A DNA stretch of 64,000 bases from Azolla caroliniana (GCA_043228905.1 JBHGNT010000008.1:2294001-2358000); one strand, 5' to 3'; shown: positions 38,462-52,667, numbered from the stretch's first letter. Numbers and translations are program-made. Notes: generated from the letters alone by a model not told the origin.

Positions 38462-41400
38462 ATGTCTGCAGAGATGAAGGCGATCATGGCGTGCTCTCTA
38501 CCCACCCTTCATCTTTCTTCTTATGCAGGGAGGTGCTTCTTTTTGAAGCTCGGTGAAAGGCATTCCTACCCACTTCTTCCTTGCAGAGGAGCCGTCAGTG
38601 TAAATCATTCCTACCCTCTTCTTCCTTGCAGAGTGCCCATCCGGGCGAATGGTAGTTTTTCTGCCTCTCTGGTGTCACCGCACCATACCATTCCTCTCGT
38701 TACAGAAGGTCCTACTAGCCACTTGGTCGAGCAACAGTTCTCTGAGCTTAACCTAAAGCAACTCTCTGGTAAGGTAAACATGTTTTTCATCCATTCAAAT
38801 AGAAGGATTTCTTTTTTCTCTCTTTGGGCTTCTTTATTAATATCAATAACAATGTTTTTGAACTGGTTTATGAAAATGTTATTGATCCTCTGTGTTTTTT
38901 TTGTTTTTTTTTTGTTTCAAGGTTGCAGGGGTGAGGACAAGACAGCATGTTAACCCCTTGAAGGGAAAGTTGATGGTCAGTGGAACTTACTCTACATCTT
39001 TTCTTATTCTCTTCTTTGATCATATTTTGTTAATATATCAAGATTGATCGGAGTGAAACTCTCTTATATGAACCTGAGGATGAGGAAAATAACTGAATTT
39101 TGATATTAAAATCTATTTATACCCGTGAGAAACTGATATAGTCTCAAGTGCAAGGAGTTGCTTAATGTATTGGAAATGGAAGAAAGCTTGGTGATCTCAA
39201 ATTTGAACTTTTAATAATTTGATTTGTAATATGTTGCAAATGATAAAGTGGGAAAGTTCGTATGATCTCCAATATGAGGAAATTCAAAACCTCCTACCTT
39301 AGAAAACCAGTGACAAGACCACAAGTTGATTGCAAAGATTAATCCAATTTATATGAAGGCGAATGCACTGCCAAATCATAAACAAGGTGTCCTCAACTAC
39401 TTAATGATTCAGTGCTCTCATAGTGCACCTGATGTATGGCTCAAGTTCCCCTTTGATTGTTAGATAAACAGGCAATGCAAAGTAGTGCTCTTTTTGCAGG
39501 GTTGGTTGAGAAGAATGGATAAATAATAAATGATGAAAAGGGGATGACACCAGATGATATAGAGGAAGATATAGCAGAAATAGAATATAAGGAGATGCAG
39601 AGAAATGGTCAAAAAGGAGAGAGGGAAGTGAAGAGGAAGTTGGTGACTCTGAAGTGAGAGTTGCCAGATTCAATAGCCTCTTTATGGAGCATGAAACGTT
39701 AGAGTTGCACTAGACACTTGGATCAGCACCTCGAGTGTCCAGCTTAATGTGAAAGGACAGTAATAAGAGATTGGAAGACCAACATGGGAGCACGCTCTTA
39801 ATTGGATGGAGATCAAGGAGTCCTACTAACAGAACCCCAAGCCTTTATTTTTAACATCTAATGATCACCATTCTTGAAGTCTTTCCATCAGATGCATGTC
39901 TGTATGGTACATAAATGGCTCATTGAACCTTATGGGAAGGGTCATAGACACTGAAGGATATGTAATCGTTGTCTTTATGTATCCTTAGCCTATCATTAGG
40001 CTGTCACTATGCTAGATTCTGTAGGATGTCTGATGTGAGTGGCAAGATTTCCTTTTCTGGTTAGTAATGAACTGGCATTTTCATGCTCCTATAGTTTTCA
40101 CTATTTCTAGGTCCCATGATCTTGATCTCTAAAAATATCAGAATCGAATAGGAATGATACAATCTATTGAAGATTTGCATCGTGTTTCAGGAAACGCATG
40201 TCAAAATCAGTACAGTAGGGAAGCATTCTCATCTATTGTTGTTGGATTCAATATGGTGCCCGTAAAAGGTTTATTTATTTGTACAGGTGCCAGTGCCCCC
40301 GCCTCAATGGGAAGATATATTTCCAGACCCATCACTTCCAATAATGGTCGATATTGGCTGTGGTATGTGTTTTGAGCCAAGAAAATCCCCACATCTTGTA
40401 ATTGATCCATTCTGATAAGGAGTTCCTGGTATTTTATCTTTCCTCTTTTAGGGAGTGGTAGGTTTCTAATGATGTTGGCGAAAAGGAATGCAGAATCCTA
40501 CAATTATTTGGGCCTTGAGATTCGTCACCAGGCAAGGTGTTGTGTTTTGAAAGCAAAAATATGGGTTGATGTTTGCTTAAACTGGAACCTCATAGTTTTA
40601 GCTGAAGATTGTTTTGTATTTGGAGCAGCTTGTAACTCGGGCAAAGCTTTGGGCAAATGAGCTTAAACTTGAAAACCTGTAAGTTATATTGTCTTTCTAC
40701 CTTTAGGACAAGATTTCCCTCTGTTTTTCATATTTACTTTTTGTCATCTATCAATTCTTCAGTGTAGCTTTTGTGTTTATTTTTGTTCTGATGAATGTTT
40801 TTCTGGTTGTCTTCCTGGTCTAGGCTTTTATTGTAGTCCAATTCAAAGACCATATATTATCAGACCATATTCTTCTCCTGGGAACAATGGTTTATCCTTT
40901 AATCATTGAGGGAAACATATTCATTCAGTTTGATGATGATGAATACAGCATGTCAATCCTAAGCTATTGACATATAAAGAATGATCTGTGTTACAAATGG
41001 AAAAGGTGATTGTTATACGATGCACTTTTTTGTAGACTAGTGAAAACGATCTGTGGAAGATATCCTTTTCTCAATGCATTCGTCTGACATTGGTGTTGCA
41101 ATTTTCTTTGAGCTAATGTTTTAGAGCTTTTGTCACCATTTGAACTAATGATGTTCCAAAATATTGTCAATCTTTATTTGGGAAGAAGATTTGAGATAAT
41201 TTCCTCTTATCGGAAGGCATTACTGTTTATATGGAATGACATATAACTTATCCTACTAAAGACACAAATTTTGCAGGCATTACATGGTGGCCAATGCTAC
41301 AGTATCATTTACTTCTATTCTTTCTACATATCCAGGCCCCCTCAAATATGTGACAATATTGGTAATGGTGCATTATTCTTTTTTGCAATGATTTGTTCCC

Positions 41401-41873
41401 ATGCATATATTTTAAACCTGATAATTGATGGACCTTTATAACAACAGTGTCCAGATCCCCATTTTAAAGCAAGGCATCACAAACGGCGTGTTGTCCAAGA
41501 GCAACTTGTCAATGCCATCACTGAGACTCTAGTCTCAAACGGGCAGGTAGTAGAAACTTTTTGTATGCTGCAATTCCAATCCCATCGAAAAAGCCTTTTT
41601 ATAGTATAATGACAACGACAATATATGCATGTTTATCATATATGTATGTAGATTTTTATTCAATCGGATGTTAAAGAGGTAGCAGAGGACATGAAGCATT
41701 TGTTTGATTCCAAAGTGGGTGTTTCATTAACTGATGGATTTCAAGCCAATAATATTATCCATGATGAAGAGGGTTGGCTTCTGGAGAATCCATTGGGACT
41801 TCGGTCCGAGCGAGAGATTCATGCTATTGCAACTGGTGGAAGAATATATAGATGTTTGTATACTAGGCTTTGA
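38462..41873 (+). CDS. trmB: tRNA (guanine-N7)-methyltransferase TrmB, probably organelle (plastid) targeted
   Basis: Exons 38462(or 38486)-38773, 38922-38975, 40287-40362, 40452-40531, 40629-40678, 41277-41361, 41448-41546 and 41652-41873. Motifs RTRQHVNPL, VDIGCGSGRF, YLGLEIR, VANA, CPDPHFK..HHKRR, QSDV and SERE, with a Ser/Arg-rich transit-peptide-like N-terminus. Confidence 0.92.
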
Positions 41874-43249
41874 TGATTATTCAAATTGAAGGCAGGTTTT
41901 ATAGTACACCAGTCTTCTTTGAGAATTTGTTGTATAGGAAAACCTTAGAGCATCAGTTTTGATTCTATGTGGTGGCGCTAACTATTTCGATTCTATTCAT
42001 TAGTAAGTTACTGTTATGTAACACTCTTTTTAAACATCTGACTTGATTGTACATTTAGTATCTACCAAATATTTGGAGAGATAATTGTTCTTGTGTTCTT
42101 TGTGAAAATGACGGAAGAGCTAAGTGGATCAAAGCAGGAGTTGTTGGAAATTTAATTTTTCAACAGAATTTCTAAGCTTATACATTTGCATGACATATAA
42201 CTTTGCAATGCAAGCTAATGTGTATATAATTTTGCAATGCGAACTTATGCTGTTTAACATGATGAGCTTACTCTGCTATTAAGGTGTATAACTTACACCA
42301 TTACTCAATGATCTAGCAACATTCCTTTTCGTGTCACATAGGAAATGGCTGGGTAAGACTTGAGATATTTAACATCTTAGAACCTATCGCATTATTGTAA
42401 CTTATTATAGATAATTTAGACTATGAATGTATAATGGGAGACGTAACCACCTTGTGCATGATCGCCAAATGACATGTGAATGCCAAGTTGTGATCATTCA
42501 TGGCAAGCATGCATGTGTCCAACAATGCTATATAAAAGGTGTTTTAGTCATTGATGAATCATTCCAGTTGAATGCCAATCTTTTGTATATTTGTGTAATC
42601 TTGTTCTTGTTTATATGATTACATTTGTCTCTTATTCTTGTATTCTCTCTTGTTTTCATTAATGAACTTAAGAATAAGCCAACAACAAGAGCCAAACACT
42701 TGAATAGTAAGGTTAGATCTCATTAGAGTTGACAAATTGGTCAAATATAATCAATAATGTTCAAGGTGAGATATATGAATGAGGCATGTGACAAAAAAAT
42801 GAAAACAAGAATGTAGTTTTTACAAGATACATTGAGTATTGTCCAAGGAAAATCAATTCAAGGCATGCTATAGAAGATAGTTTTCATTTTGGTAAAGGGC
42901 TCTTAGTAGCTATAAAAGGAAGAAGAGAAATTAATGTTGGGTTGGTCAGTTTTGAATTGAAGGCTTAGATTTTGCTAGTGATTAGATTACCAAAGATCGA
43001 ATAAGCATGAGAGGCTTATGACGACAATGGAGAAGACAAAGGAGTAGTCAAGTGGTTGTCCCCCGTTGATCAAGATTCACCAACCTAGGCTCCACCATGT
43101 GAACCTAGGTTTCCTACTACACCCACTAACACTTTTTCTGTTTTTCACATGCAATACCCATTTACTCCTTTCTTCCTTCCATCCTCCTAAAGTCCCATGC
43201 ACACACACATATACATATATATACACATACACATGCTTGTGTCTATTTG

Positions 43250-45228
43250 CTACCAAATCATAAAGAGGGTTGGCGAGGGAATCATGGCCACAAACGGTAT
43301 GGGGCACTTGGTTGAGGGTGTGTGCGATCTGCACCATCCAATCTGGATAAAAAAAGCAGACCAATAAAAAAGCACCCCTATTCTGACCACAACCTCTGTC
43401 ACAAAGCGCTCAATTCTGTCACCAGTTAAAAGTAATAATGCAATAAAGTAACATAATAATGATTAAAGAGAATGACCTAGCAAAGCGCACCAACCATAAC
43501 ACTCTCAACTTTGATCGCCTTTGTCACAAGTTGCCCTTCTCTTTGTCTGCAAGCGTCTGACTATCTTGGTGCAAGCGCCCTACTCCAATTAGATGCTTGA
43601 CCAACTCGGAGGCCGCCGCCGGACTCAAATCAGGCACTCGACTCAAATTCAAACATGAAAAACTTCAAAAACTTGGAAGTATAAAAAAAAGTTTGACATC
43701 AAAATGTTACACCAAAATTTCACTAAAAAGCCTCAATCTTCCAATTGCACAAAACTTAAAACTTCAAACTTCAAAATACAAAATATATCATCACAAAATG
43801 TCCAAAATCTAACATCATGTCATGTCCACAATCCAAGTAGAAAACCAAGGATGAAAATTGAATCCAATGTAACAAGTGATTATGGCTCATGTGGGGATGA
43901 TGGCAAAATTCAACCACAATTTTATAGCAATCAACATTCGAGCCCCTTGAGGTCAAGATCGAGCCATTGTAATACAAACATTGAACATTCTCAATCTCAC
44001 ATATTGGCAACTGTCTCCTAGCTCGACTTGCACCTCTCTGTACCTTTCCGGTGTGGGATTTGGATGTGTTTGGGGAGCTGCCAATAAATTCTTGTGAGAT
44101 GTCTATTGGCATTCCTCATTTTGCACCAATTTGTTGCTTCCGACTTATTGAAAATGTGTCTTCTTTCTTGGCAGTTTGTATTTGAGGCTTCCATGATTCC
44201 ATGTCAGATGTTGTAGGATTTGTCTCCACGCCTGGTTCTGCCTCTATCTCCACTTCTGTTTCTATGATATCTTGCATTCACATTTGTGTCGTATGATCTA
44301 TAAATGGTAACGATCCACATAGGGATGGCATATGTCTCTCAATGATCATCCGAATTCTGAGTAAATGATTACATTTACTTGCTAAGTCTTGGCAATCACA
44401 ATATTAGCATTGGAGCGAGACATTATACCATAGATTGGAATAATTGGTCATGCTCAATATTCTAAACCAATATTGGGCCTCGTCCACAATATGCATTGTT
44501 TTGGTATCTGACACATATCTTTCTAGTCTTGACCTTCGATCCCTACAATTTGCACGGGGTGCAAATCTACCACTCTCACATATTTCTTGCCGTTGCATGT
44601 ACCATTCTATGACGGTCCCAATGATAAAAGTGTTGGTTTCACTGTCCTCGATTAAGACATGCACTAAATTAGTAATAAATCGGTTTTGGCTTGTGTATGC
44701 AAACCATCTAAATTTCGGTTAGTGTATACAACCTGCTACATGTATTTACATAGATAATTCCACTAGCTCACTTGTTAGCCTACCGGTGACAAGATCGGAA
44801 ATAAAGGCCTCTTTAAATAAAATAGATACCCATTTGAGGTTGAACATTACTCGGACAACGAGTGTATCTACCATTAAAGCCAAATGACAGGATGGTGACT
44901 TGCAATCAGATATAAATATTGACATTTGTAACAATAAAAGAGTGATTTGATTGTAAAGTTTTATAACAACAATATAAGGAAAGGAATAGGTGAGGCGATG
45001 CTAAGAAAGGCAGGGCAAGAGGTGCAAGTTTATCAAATTGTAATGAATTGGTAGGGATAAGGTACATAGTCTTGGAACATAGACAAGAAGGTAACCTAGA
45101 TCAAACTTAGGGCAATACTATAAAAGACAACACAATAGTACAAGGAAAGGAAATGTATTCAATAATACTTTTATGTGAACTTAATATAGGAAGATAGTTA
45201 CCAAGGGGAATATTTGTGAGTCGTGACA
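43250..45228 (-). mobile_element. Possible degraded LTR-retroelement remnant
   Basis: 44927-45228 reads TGTCACG...TGTTACA on the minus strand, which is LTR-like. The adjacent sequence has broken coding-like frames. No PBS, TSD or recognisable domain was found. Confidence 0.3.
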
Positions 45229-47309
45229 AACAATATTGGAATTACTCCTCAATATTGGATTCATAAAACCATTATAAAAACACAAACATTTGTGCTATAA
45301 AATCGTAACTCAACTTTATTTATGAATCACATTTTGTATGATGTATGTTCAATATCGTGTAACATGTCCCATCTAAGTAAATTTAGCTTTCCAAACATTT
45401 TGACATGACTTGATAAGATGTGATCTACTTTGATATGTTTTATCCCTTTATGTACACATGCTATACTTTTTTTCAATATATATCTTTATTTTCTCTTACA
45501 CATACATGTATAGAGCACCCACATCACATCCATGTGACAAAGTGGAGAAGCTATGATTCATAAGCTAGTTGCCCCTAAGGTGATAATGTTTGCTGATTTG
45601 TGATTGTTTGGAAAAGGTGCCAAATTAATTGCTACATTTGAGTTACTTGTTCAATTTTAACAAACATGGTTCAATTAGCTAAGATAATAGGGTGGTCACC
45701 CAATAAGATTGCCTCATATGCCACATGCAAATTATGAACATGTAAAAAATATTCGCTAATAACTATGGCACATCATGACAAGAACAATTATTTTGCTACT
45801 AGTTTTAGAGAAAACAATTAGTGGGAGCCCTCATGATGAACATAATAGAATAATACGTGTTCCACAAGTGGGGAGGAGGAGAAACAGAAGTCCAAAAAGA
45901 ATTTTCTATGACAAGTCGATTTTAGCTGGTGGCAAAGAGGAGAGCTCTAGTATTTGGTATGTTGCTTCTTTAGTTTAGCACTAATACTATTTGTACATTG
46001 TTGCTATATAACTATTGGTCATTCTAGATATCATTTTTTATTCTGAAGCTATGTTTTTGTTACATAGATGCAACATAGTATTGGTTTTTCAAGAGCATAT
46101 TGCATAGAATCCTATCAAACCTATATATATTTTGAATAGCAGATTTCATGGCAAATCTTGTTTTTTCTTTCTAGTATTTGATATGTCATTCTTTGCATGT
46201 TTGCCTAGTACTTTACCAATGATTATGAATTGTGAAGGTAGTTAATGAGAAGGCACAATATTTGCATAGAAAGTTGATTGTTGGATACCTCATTGATGCA
46301 AATTGATGTTAAGATGCATAAAAAAAGAGAAGGGAGGAACCAAATAGATCTTTTGTGTATTTAAAAAAAGATCAATCATTCACTCTGGAAGTATCTCGTA
46401 GGTCTAGCTAGCGATAATCATCCAAATGAGCAACCTTAGAAGATTTTTGGTTCAAAAAACACACCTCTAGTCTCAAGGCAATATAGATGTAGATGTATTT
46501 TTAGTTCCCCTACAACTTTATGGGTGGGTGTTGAGCAAGAAGGAATCCTTTCATAAATTTCAAGATCAATTCTTTTGTGCTTAGTAGTTGATGGGATTCC
46601 AATACTCTTGTTTTTCTAAATTTTTGTATTGTCTAGGTAACTTTAGCTCTTAGTAGTGTTTAAGGGCTCTTGTTATCGGGGCTCTTTGGAATTTGCGATG
46701 CATGTGGTTCACCATACATATATACTTACCAATTGTGCTTCAATATCATTCCATTTTGAACACGACATAAATCACGCTTGTAGTAAAAAAAAAGTTTGCA
46801 TCCTTTTAATGTCGGCCATCTAGAAGCTTGGTTTATCGTATCCATATTATCGGTTGGAAATAATCAGAGTGGCTCATTTTACAATCTCAGGATTTATCAA
46901 TCGCACAAATACATAACTAGTATTTAGAAGTATCTTTGAGGATGCAAAATCCATAGATTGAAAAAGGTATTGAGGTTTGATATAAATAGGTTTAGATGGG
47001 GAAACTTTATGCACACCACTATATAACACGTACAATCTATACTATGTAAATCATCTTTTTTGTAAATTGTCCTTAAGCAAATCTTTTTTCTATTCAGCTA
47101 TAAATTGAACTCACATGATAAAATTACATATCTCATAGTGATGCCCTATAGAAAGATGTGTTATTGGACCCTGCTGTTTCGGCAACGTTTGGTTCAAGGT
47201 ATATTTTGTGTATATTTCATTCATTCTTGTAGTGACCTAAGGCCCAAAAATTTGAGTGACAACCCAAGCAATATGCTTAAATAACTACAATAATTAACCC
47301 AGTAAAGAT

Positions 47310-49190
47310 AAGGTAGAATAAAGCATTGGAGGAAAAACTAACTTATAAGATTCGATGATCCAAAGTCATGACACAAGAAATGTAACAACAATAATAAATG
47401 GAATAATACTTCCCAATCAACAATGTTAAGGCGAGTAACTTAAAAGGCGAGGAGAATAAAGCACCCAATATTTATTGTGTGAAAGAGAAAAAAACCAAAA
47501 ACAAATGGCACAAGTTAAGTTAAAATTGAACTCAAGGAGAAACATAATAATTATGAGAACTATGCTAGAAAATAAAGGGAAAGATAGATAGCAACTACAT
47601 GCATTGAATAAAATAGCAGCCACATGCATGTCAAGGTCACAAACGATCATCGGTATTCATGGTCTGGTGACGAATCAGGCAATATGGTATACAATATCTA
47701 GAACAATATGAGCACATAACTATGGACGATGCCTATGATGTACTCAAGGGCACCTCATACTTAGAGATTCTCGTGTGTTAAGGTAAAGTTTCTAAAATGC
47801 CCCTCGAATGACTTGTAATATGGAAGCTATCATTTGGCACATTTCAAGAATATGTTTTTTACAAGCCAACTTACAAAGGGCACTAGTTATTTCACAAGAA
47901 GGTCACACGATGTCGTGCGTGTTTTGCAAGCACGCGTGCTTTGCAATTTTGCGGTGTCTACTTAGAAACTCTTTATTTTGCAAGATTTTTTAAGAATAAA
48001 ATACAAGATTTTCTCATACAATATGTGTATGCGTGTTAAAATAGTATTGTTATGTGTTTGCAAATAATGTGTACTAATTACCAATAACCCTCCCCCCTCC
48101 AAGTTCCATCAAATCAAGTGCACGTTTTGAATCAATCTTACATTACATGGGAAGCCTCATATTCAATTTTATGTTCCTCTTAATCTCATTGGCTTAAAAT
48201 TTGGGTCCTTTGTTATACATCGATATTAGTTGATACTTCCGACACATTTAGGTTCATGTGGGATTTCCATGAATTCTACTATCAAAATAAGGTTGTAGAG
48301 AGGGATGCACAATCTACATATTCATTATTGAAACCTTGGGTCCAAATCACAATATGCATGCTGATATTGTATGATCCACACCATCCACGTTGTGATTCAA
48401 AAGTACCCAAATCGTAAAACATGGTCCAATCAATAAAGATGAGGGAGAATAAAGCATTGCAATGAGAAATGAAGATTCAATGATCCAAAGTTTTCGTACA
48501 AGAGATATCACATGCAACAAAAGGAACAATAATCATAATAGTAATCATTTTTGCATCGACAATCTCAAGTCTCAAATAGTGCTTGATAACTAACTTCAGA
48601 AATAAAAAACTTTGGCATCGTAAGTGTAACAGTAAGCCCCCCCTTTGATTTCCTCATATCAAAAGTAGATAGTTATATTATATATCAAGGCACATAGTCG
48701 ATATTTATGGTAGAATTGGGTTCGTGTAGGAGTGCCCTAAATTCCAAAAGTCCAATCATGGTTTTACTAAGAAACCTACAATTCTTTATACATTTATGGC
48801 TGATACTTCGAGGCTAGATCGCAACATACATATCAATGTTGTGTGAAACACACTATCCATGTTGTGATATCAATAAGACACAACCATAACACATGGCTTG
48901 CTTATAGAAGATAAGGGAGAATAAAGCATCACAAGGAAAGATGAAGATTCAATGATTCGAAAATTTTGTGCAAGAGATATCACGTGCATCAAAAGAACAA
49001 TAATCATTTTCTAAAAACGGTCTTTGGCCTTGGATATTGCTCGATAACTAACTTAAAGGAACAACCATAAAGTGTCCGATATTTAATGCGTGACAAGAAA
49101 AACAATCAAAATATGTGACACAAGTTAGGTTAGAAATGTAACTGCAATAAATGGAGAAGAAATCGGGTCATTATCACTTATCCTAGGAAG
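47310..49190. repeat. Three dispersed copies of a ~100-250-bp repeat (~47310, ~48440, ~48915)
   Basis: Shared core GAATAAAGCAT...GAAGATTC(A/G)ATGAT(C/T)C..A...CAAGA(G)A...AACAATAAT. Confidence 0.65.
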
Positions 49191-49727
49191 CATTAAAGAC
49201 ATATTTGTTGCACAGGAGCTTGTAACCAAGTAAAAGTTTGCATCACATTGATATTGAATCGAAAATCACTATCAAACACTATCACATATATGTATTGATA
49301 CATATTTGTTCGGTTTATGTAGTGTATATAACATTGTTGCCTTGTGTTATTTCATAGTAACATAAAGTTTGTGTACCTAGGTGATAAGACTTAATGTGGA
49401 ACATGTTCTTCATGATATGTGATACCATGTAATCTGCATTAGTAATGATGCTATAAACCTCATGGAAGTGACGTCCAAATGGCACGACCAAAATGAAAAA
49501 GTAATGTGAGATTATCGATATGGAGATTGGAAGGAAGATTTCGGAACATAGATTTTATGACGAGCTAAGTACTTGGAAAGTAGGATTTAGGCCCAAGTGG
49601 CCACTAAGCCCTCTCTCCCCCCCCCACCCTATTTAGAGAGTTCAATATTCCCACTTTTGGAGGCATTGGTCTATACACATTGGGAAAGAGAGTTAGAGAG
49701 CACGATAGACATGTGGTCAAGAGTTAA

Positions 49728-51033
49728 CTAACGCCTGCGGCCACCGGCTTGCTTCTGGGCATTGAAATAGACGGCAGCGACGGGGAGGCCGAGGTCGCAG
49801 ATGTTGGCAAAGTGGCGGACACTGAAGTTGTGGCGATGGATGGGTGGCATGACCATGAGGGGGCACTGCTGCTTGAACAGTGTGAACACGTAGCGATGGA
49901 TGCCGATGATGGGCTTGGGTGCCTCGTACTCCACGATCTCGCACCCTAGGGACACATTGCACAACAAAACCCAAAGTGTGTGTGAAACCCCCCCCAATTG
50001 TAAAAATGCACCTTTAGTCACACACATATAGGCCTTTACTTTGTCAATATATATGTACAATGTTTATCTATACACATATATGATCAAATTATGACAGAAC
50101 TAGAGGCCTAGTTTTGTAAATTCTCACTGATTTATGTTTCTACATACCATGGCTGGCATCACCATCAGCTGGAATATCAGTCACAATCCTGCCATTAGAA
50201 AAATAGAAATTAGCATTTGATTCGCTTAAAAAGAAAGACAAACAGATCAATAATTAAATAGGCTGGATTAATATACTAAATGTACCAGTGAACCCATTCT
50301 CTGGATGTTGGCTCGCTGGGGCTTGGGGCATCCGGGTCCACCATTATCTTTGCACACACAAACATATGATTAGTAGGGTCATTAATGGCCGAGCCATTAA
50401 TGGGTTATTAGTGTTAGATCATTAATGGGTCATTAGAAGAGTCATCAATGTGTCATTAGAAGGTCCATTAATGGGTCATTAGTAGAGTCATGAATATATG
50501 ATTAGTGGAGACATTAGTAGAGTCATCAATGTGCAACTAATAGTGTCATTAATGGGTCATTAGTAGAGTCATGAATGTGTCATTAGGAATTGCACCCCCC
50601 AAACGTCACACTTAATGAGCAATTTTGAGAGGATGAGCAAATTAATGCTTCATACTAAGGCTCAGTACCGCAGTTCTAAAGTACAAAATTGGGTAGAATT
50701 ACAAAATTTCATTCCTTGGAATAATTTACACTAAACCCTAGAGAGTGGCATTTCCACATAAAACTATGGCCCTCCCCAAAAAGGAAAAGCACAATGAAAC
50801 AAACACATGTGCATTTTTGCCTTTGGTACCAGAGTGTAGAGGCCATCGGAGCCATGGGTGGCGCGGATTCGGACGTGAGGCGGGTCGACGAGCTCGGTGG
50901 TTCGGATTTCGCAGCCATTGTTGACTTGGCGGGCGGGGTAGGTGACGGACATTTCCACGCAAGGTGTGAACACGTCGATCACATCGCCCACGACGCGGCC
51001 CACGACGAGGGGCTCAATGTTAGACCGCACCAT
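49728..51033 (-). CDS. MFT: PEBP family protein, MOTHER OF FT AND TFL1-like
   Basis: Canonical four exons 50830-51033, 50286-50347 (62 bp), 50148-50188 (41 bp) and 49728-49945, encoding 174 aa. Motifs [16 protein letters not shown] (Trp at the FT-Y85/TFL1-H88 site) and GIHRYVF. Confidence 0.93.
50368..50590. repeat. Degenerate CATTAATGGGTCATTAG(T/A)AGAGT minisatellite in MFT intron 1
   Basis: Multiple tandem variants seen directly. Confidence 0.75.
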
Positions 51034-51518
51034 TCTATAATATAAGTAAATGCTAAGCTAGCTTGGCGCTTCCCGATATGAAAAGGCCGAGCTTTGTCGA
51101 TTGGATTGATGTGTATATGTCTCCAATGGATTGATATATATGTATACAATTCGATGCGATTAAGCCGAAGGAAAGATGGGAAAGGGGGAAGGTTAGGGTT
51201 TGTATTTCTTTAATTTATGTACTGAATTAGTTAGCTCATTTGGGTTTGGCATATATCTAAGTAGGGGAATTGGGGCAGTTGGATTGATGAGTGTAGATTG
51301 GGAGAGTGTGGGGAGAAGGAGCTTGCTTATAAGGTGGGCTAAGGGTGGCAGAGAATCCGAATAACTATCATTACAATTAAGTTCAGGTGCTTCTTTTCTC
51401 ATCTTTTTTTTGGGATTAGGGGGCTGTTATTGAGCTTAGTAGGCTAATCATAGAAAAAGAAGAGAAAAAGGGGGGTTATTAATCAGCCTATAGGCGATGG
51501 AAAATATTCTGCAGAGTT

Positions 51519-51545
51519 GGGTTGAGCTGGGAGTGATGAGAGAAG

Positions 51546-51597
<52 letters not shown>

Positions 51598-52582
51598 TAT
51601 GTCCCTGAGGGTAGACCCGAATTAAGTGAAACCGAGCGGACGGTGGAGATGAGCCGGGCAGCGTAGATCCGACGGCCAGATCTCACCGGCTAGATTAACT
51701 AGGCTTGGTGGAAGGGCACGGATCCGGGAATTATTAGAAAATTCAGTGGACGGTCCCGATGAGGCCACGTCACATCCTCTTTCCCTCAGATCGGACGGCC
51801 TGCGAATTATTTTTGACGCGGTTTCCTTTTTCACTTTTACCCTCCCCCCCCCCCTTTTTTCGCCTTTTTTTATTTTTATTTTATTTTAGACGATTTTCTC
51901 CAAATTTCTTTATTGTTATAACTTATGTCCATAGTATGAACCATACGCGCATTCGCATTCCGAGAATGTTTCAATCATTCGAGTATGTTAAACACTCTCG
52001 ACGTATAGTAAATACCATACTTTTTGTATTCATTATTTTATTATAAGGGAAAAAGTGTAAAAAAAAAAACATAAGGTTTTTTATAACATATGCATTCATT
52101 TGCATTCGTATGAAAAAGGAATGTTTGCCAATGCATTCGAGTATATTATGTACTGAGGATTAGATCCGAATTAAGTGAAATCGAGTGGACAGTGGAGATG
52201 AGCTAGGAAACCTAGATCTGACGACCAAAACTCACCGGCTAGGTAATATATGCTTTGATCGATGGGGCAAGGATTTGGGAATTATTGAAAACTCGGTGAA
52301 CGGTTTGGATGAGCCCACGTCACATCATCTTTCCCTTAGATCGGACGGCCTACGAATTATTTTTGACGCGCTTTTCTTTTTCGCCTTTTTGTCTTTCTTC
52401 TCCGCCTTTTATATTTTACGTCACTACTACTAGTATTTTCTCTAAATTTCTTTAAGATATTGGTCTGATGTGTAATGTTCCGCGTCCACGTGGCATTTTT
52501 GTCACGTGGCGGAATCTAATCGTGCGCTTTTTGCTTTCAAGGCCTTCTTACTTTTGTCTAGTTTGTCAGATTTGGAGTTACA

Positions 52583-52636
<54 letters not shown>

Positions 52637-52667
52637 ACAAAACAAGAACAAAAAAAATGAAGAGAGA
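51519..52667. repeat. Block D, copy 1 (non-coding, MITE-like, with an internal ~230-bp direct repeat)
   Basis: Near-identical to 59638-60789. Internal repeat 51605-51820 vs 52153-52370; contains the CATAGTA MITE. Confidence 0.85.
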
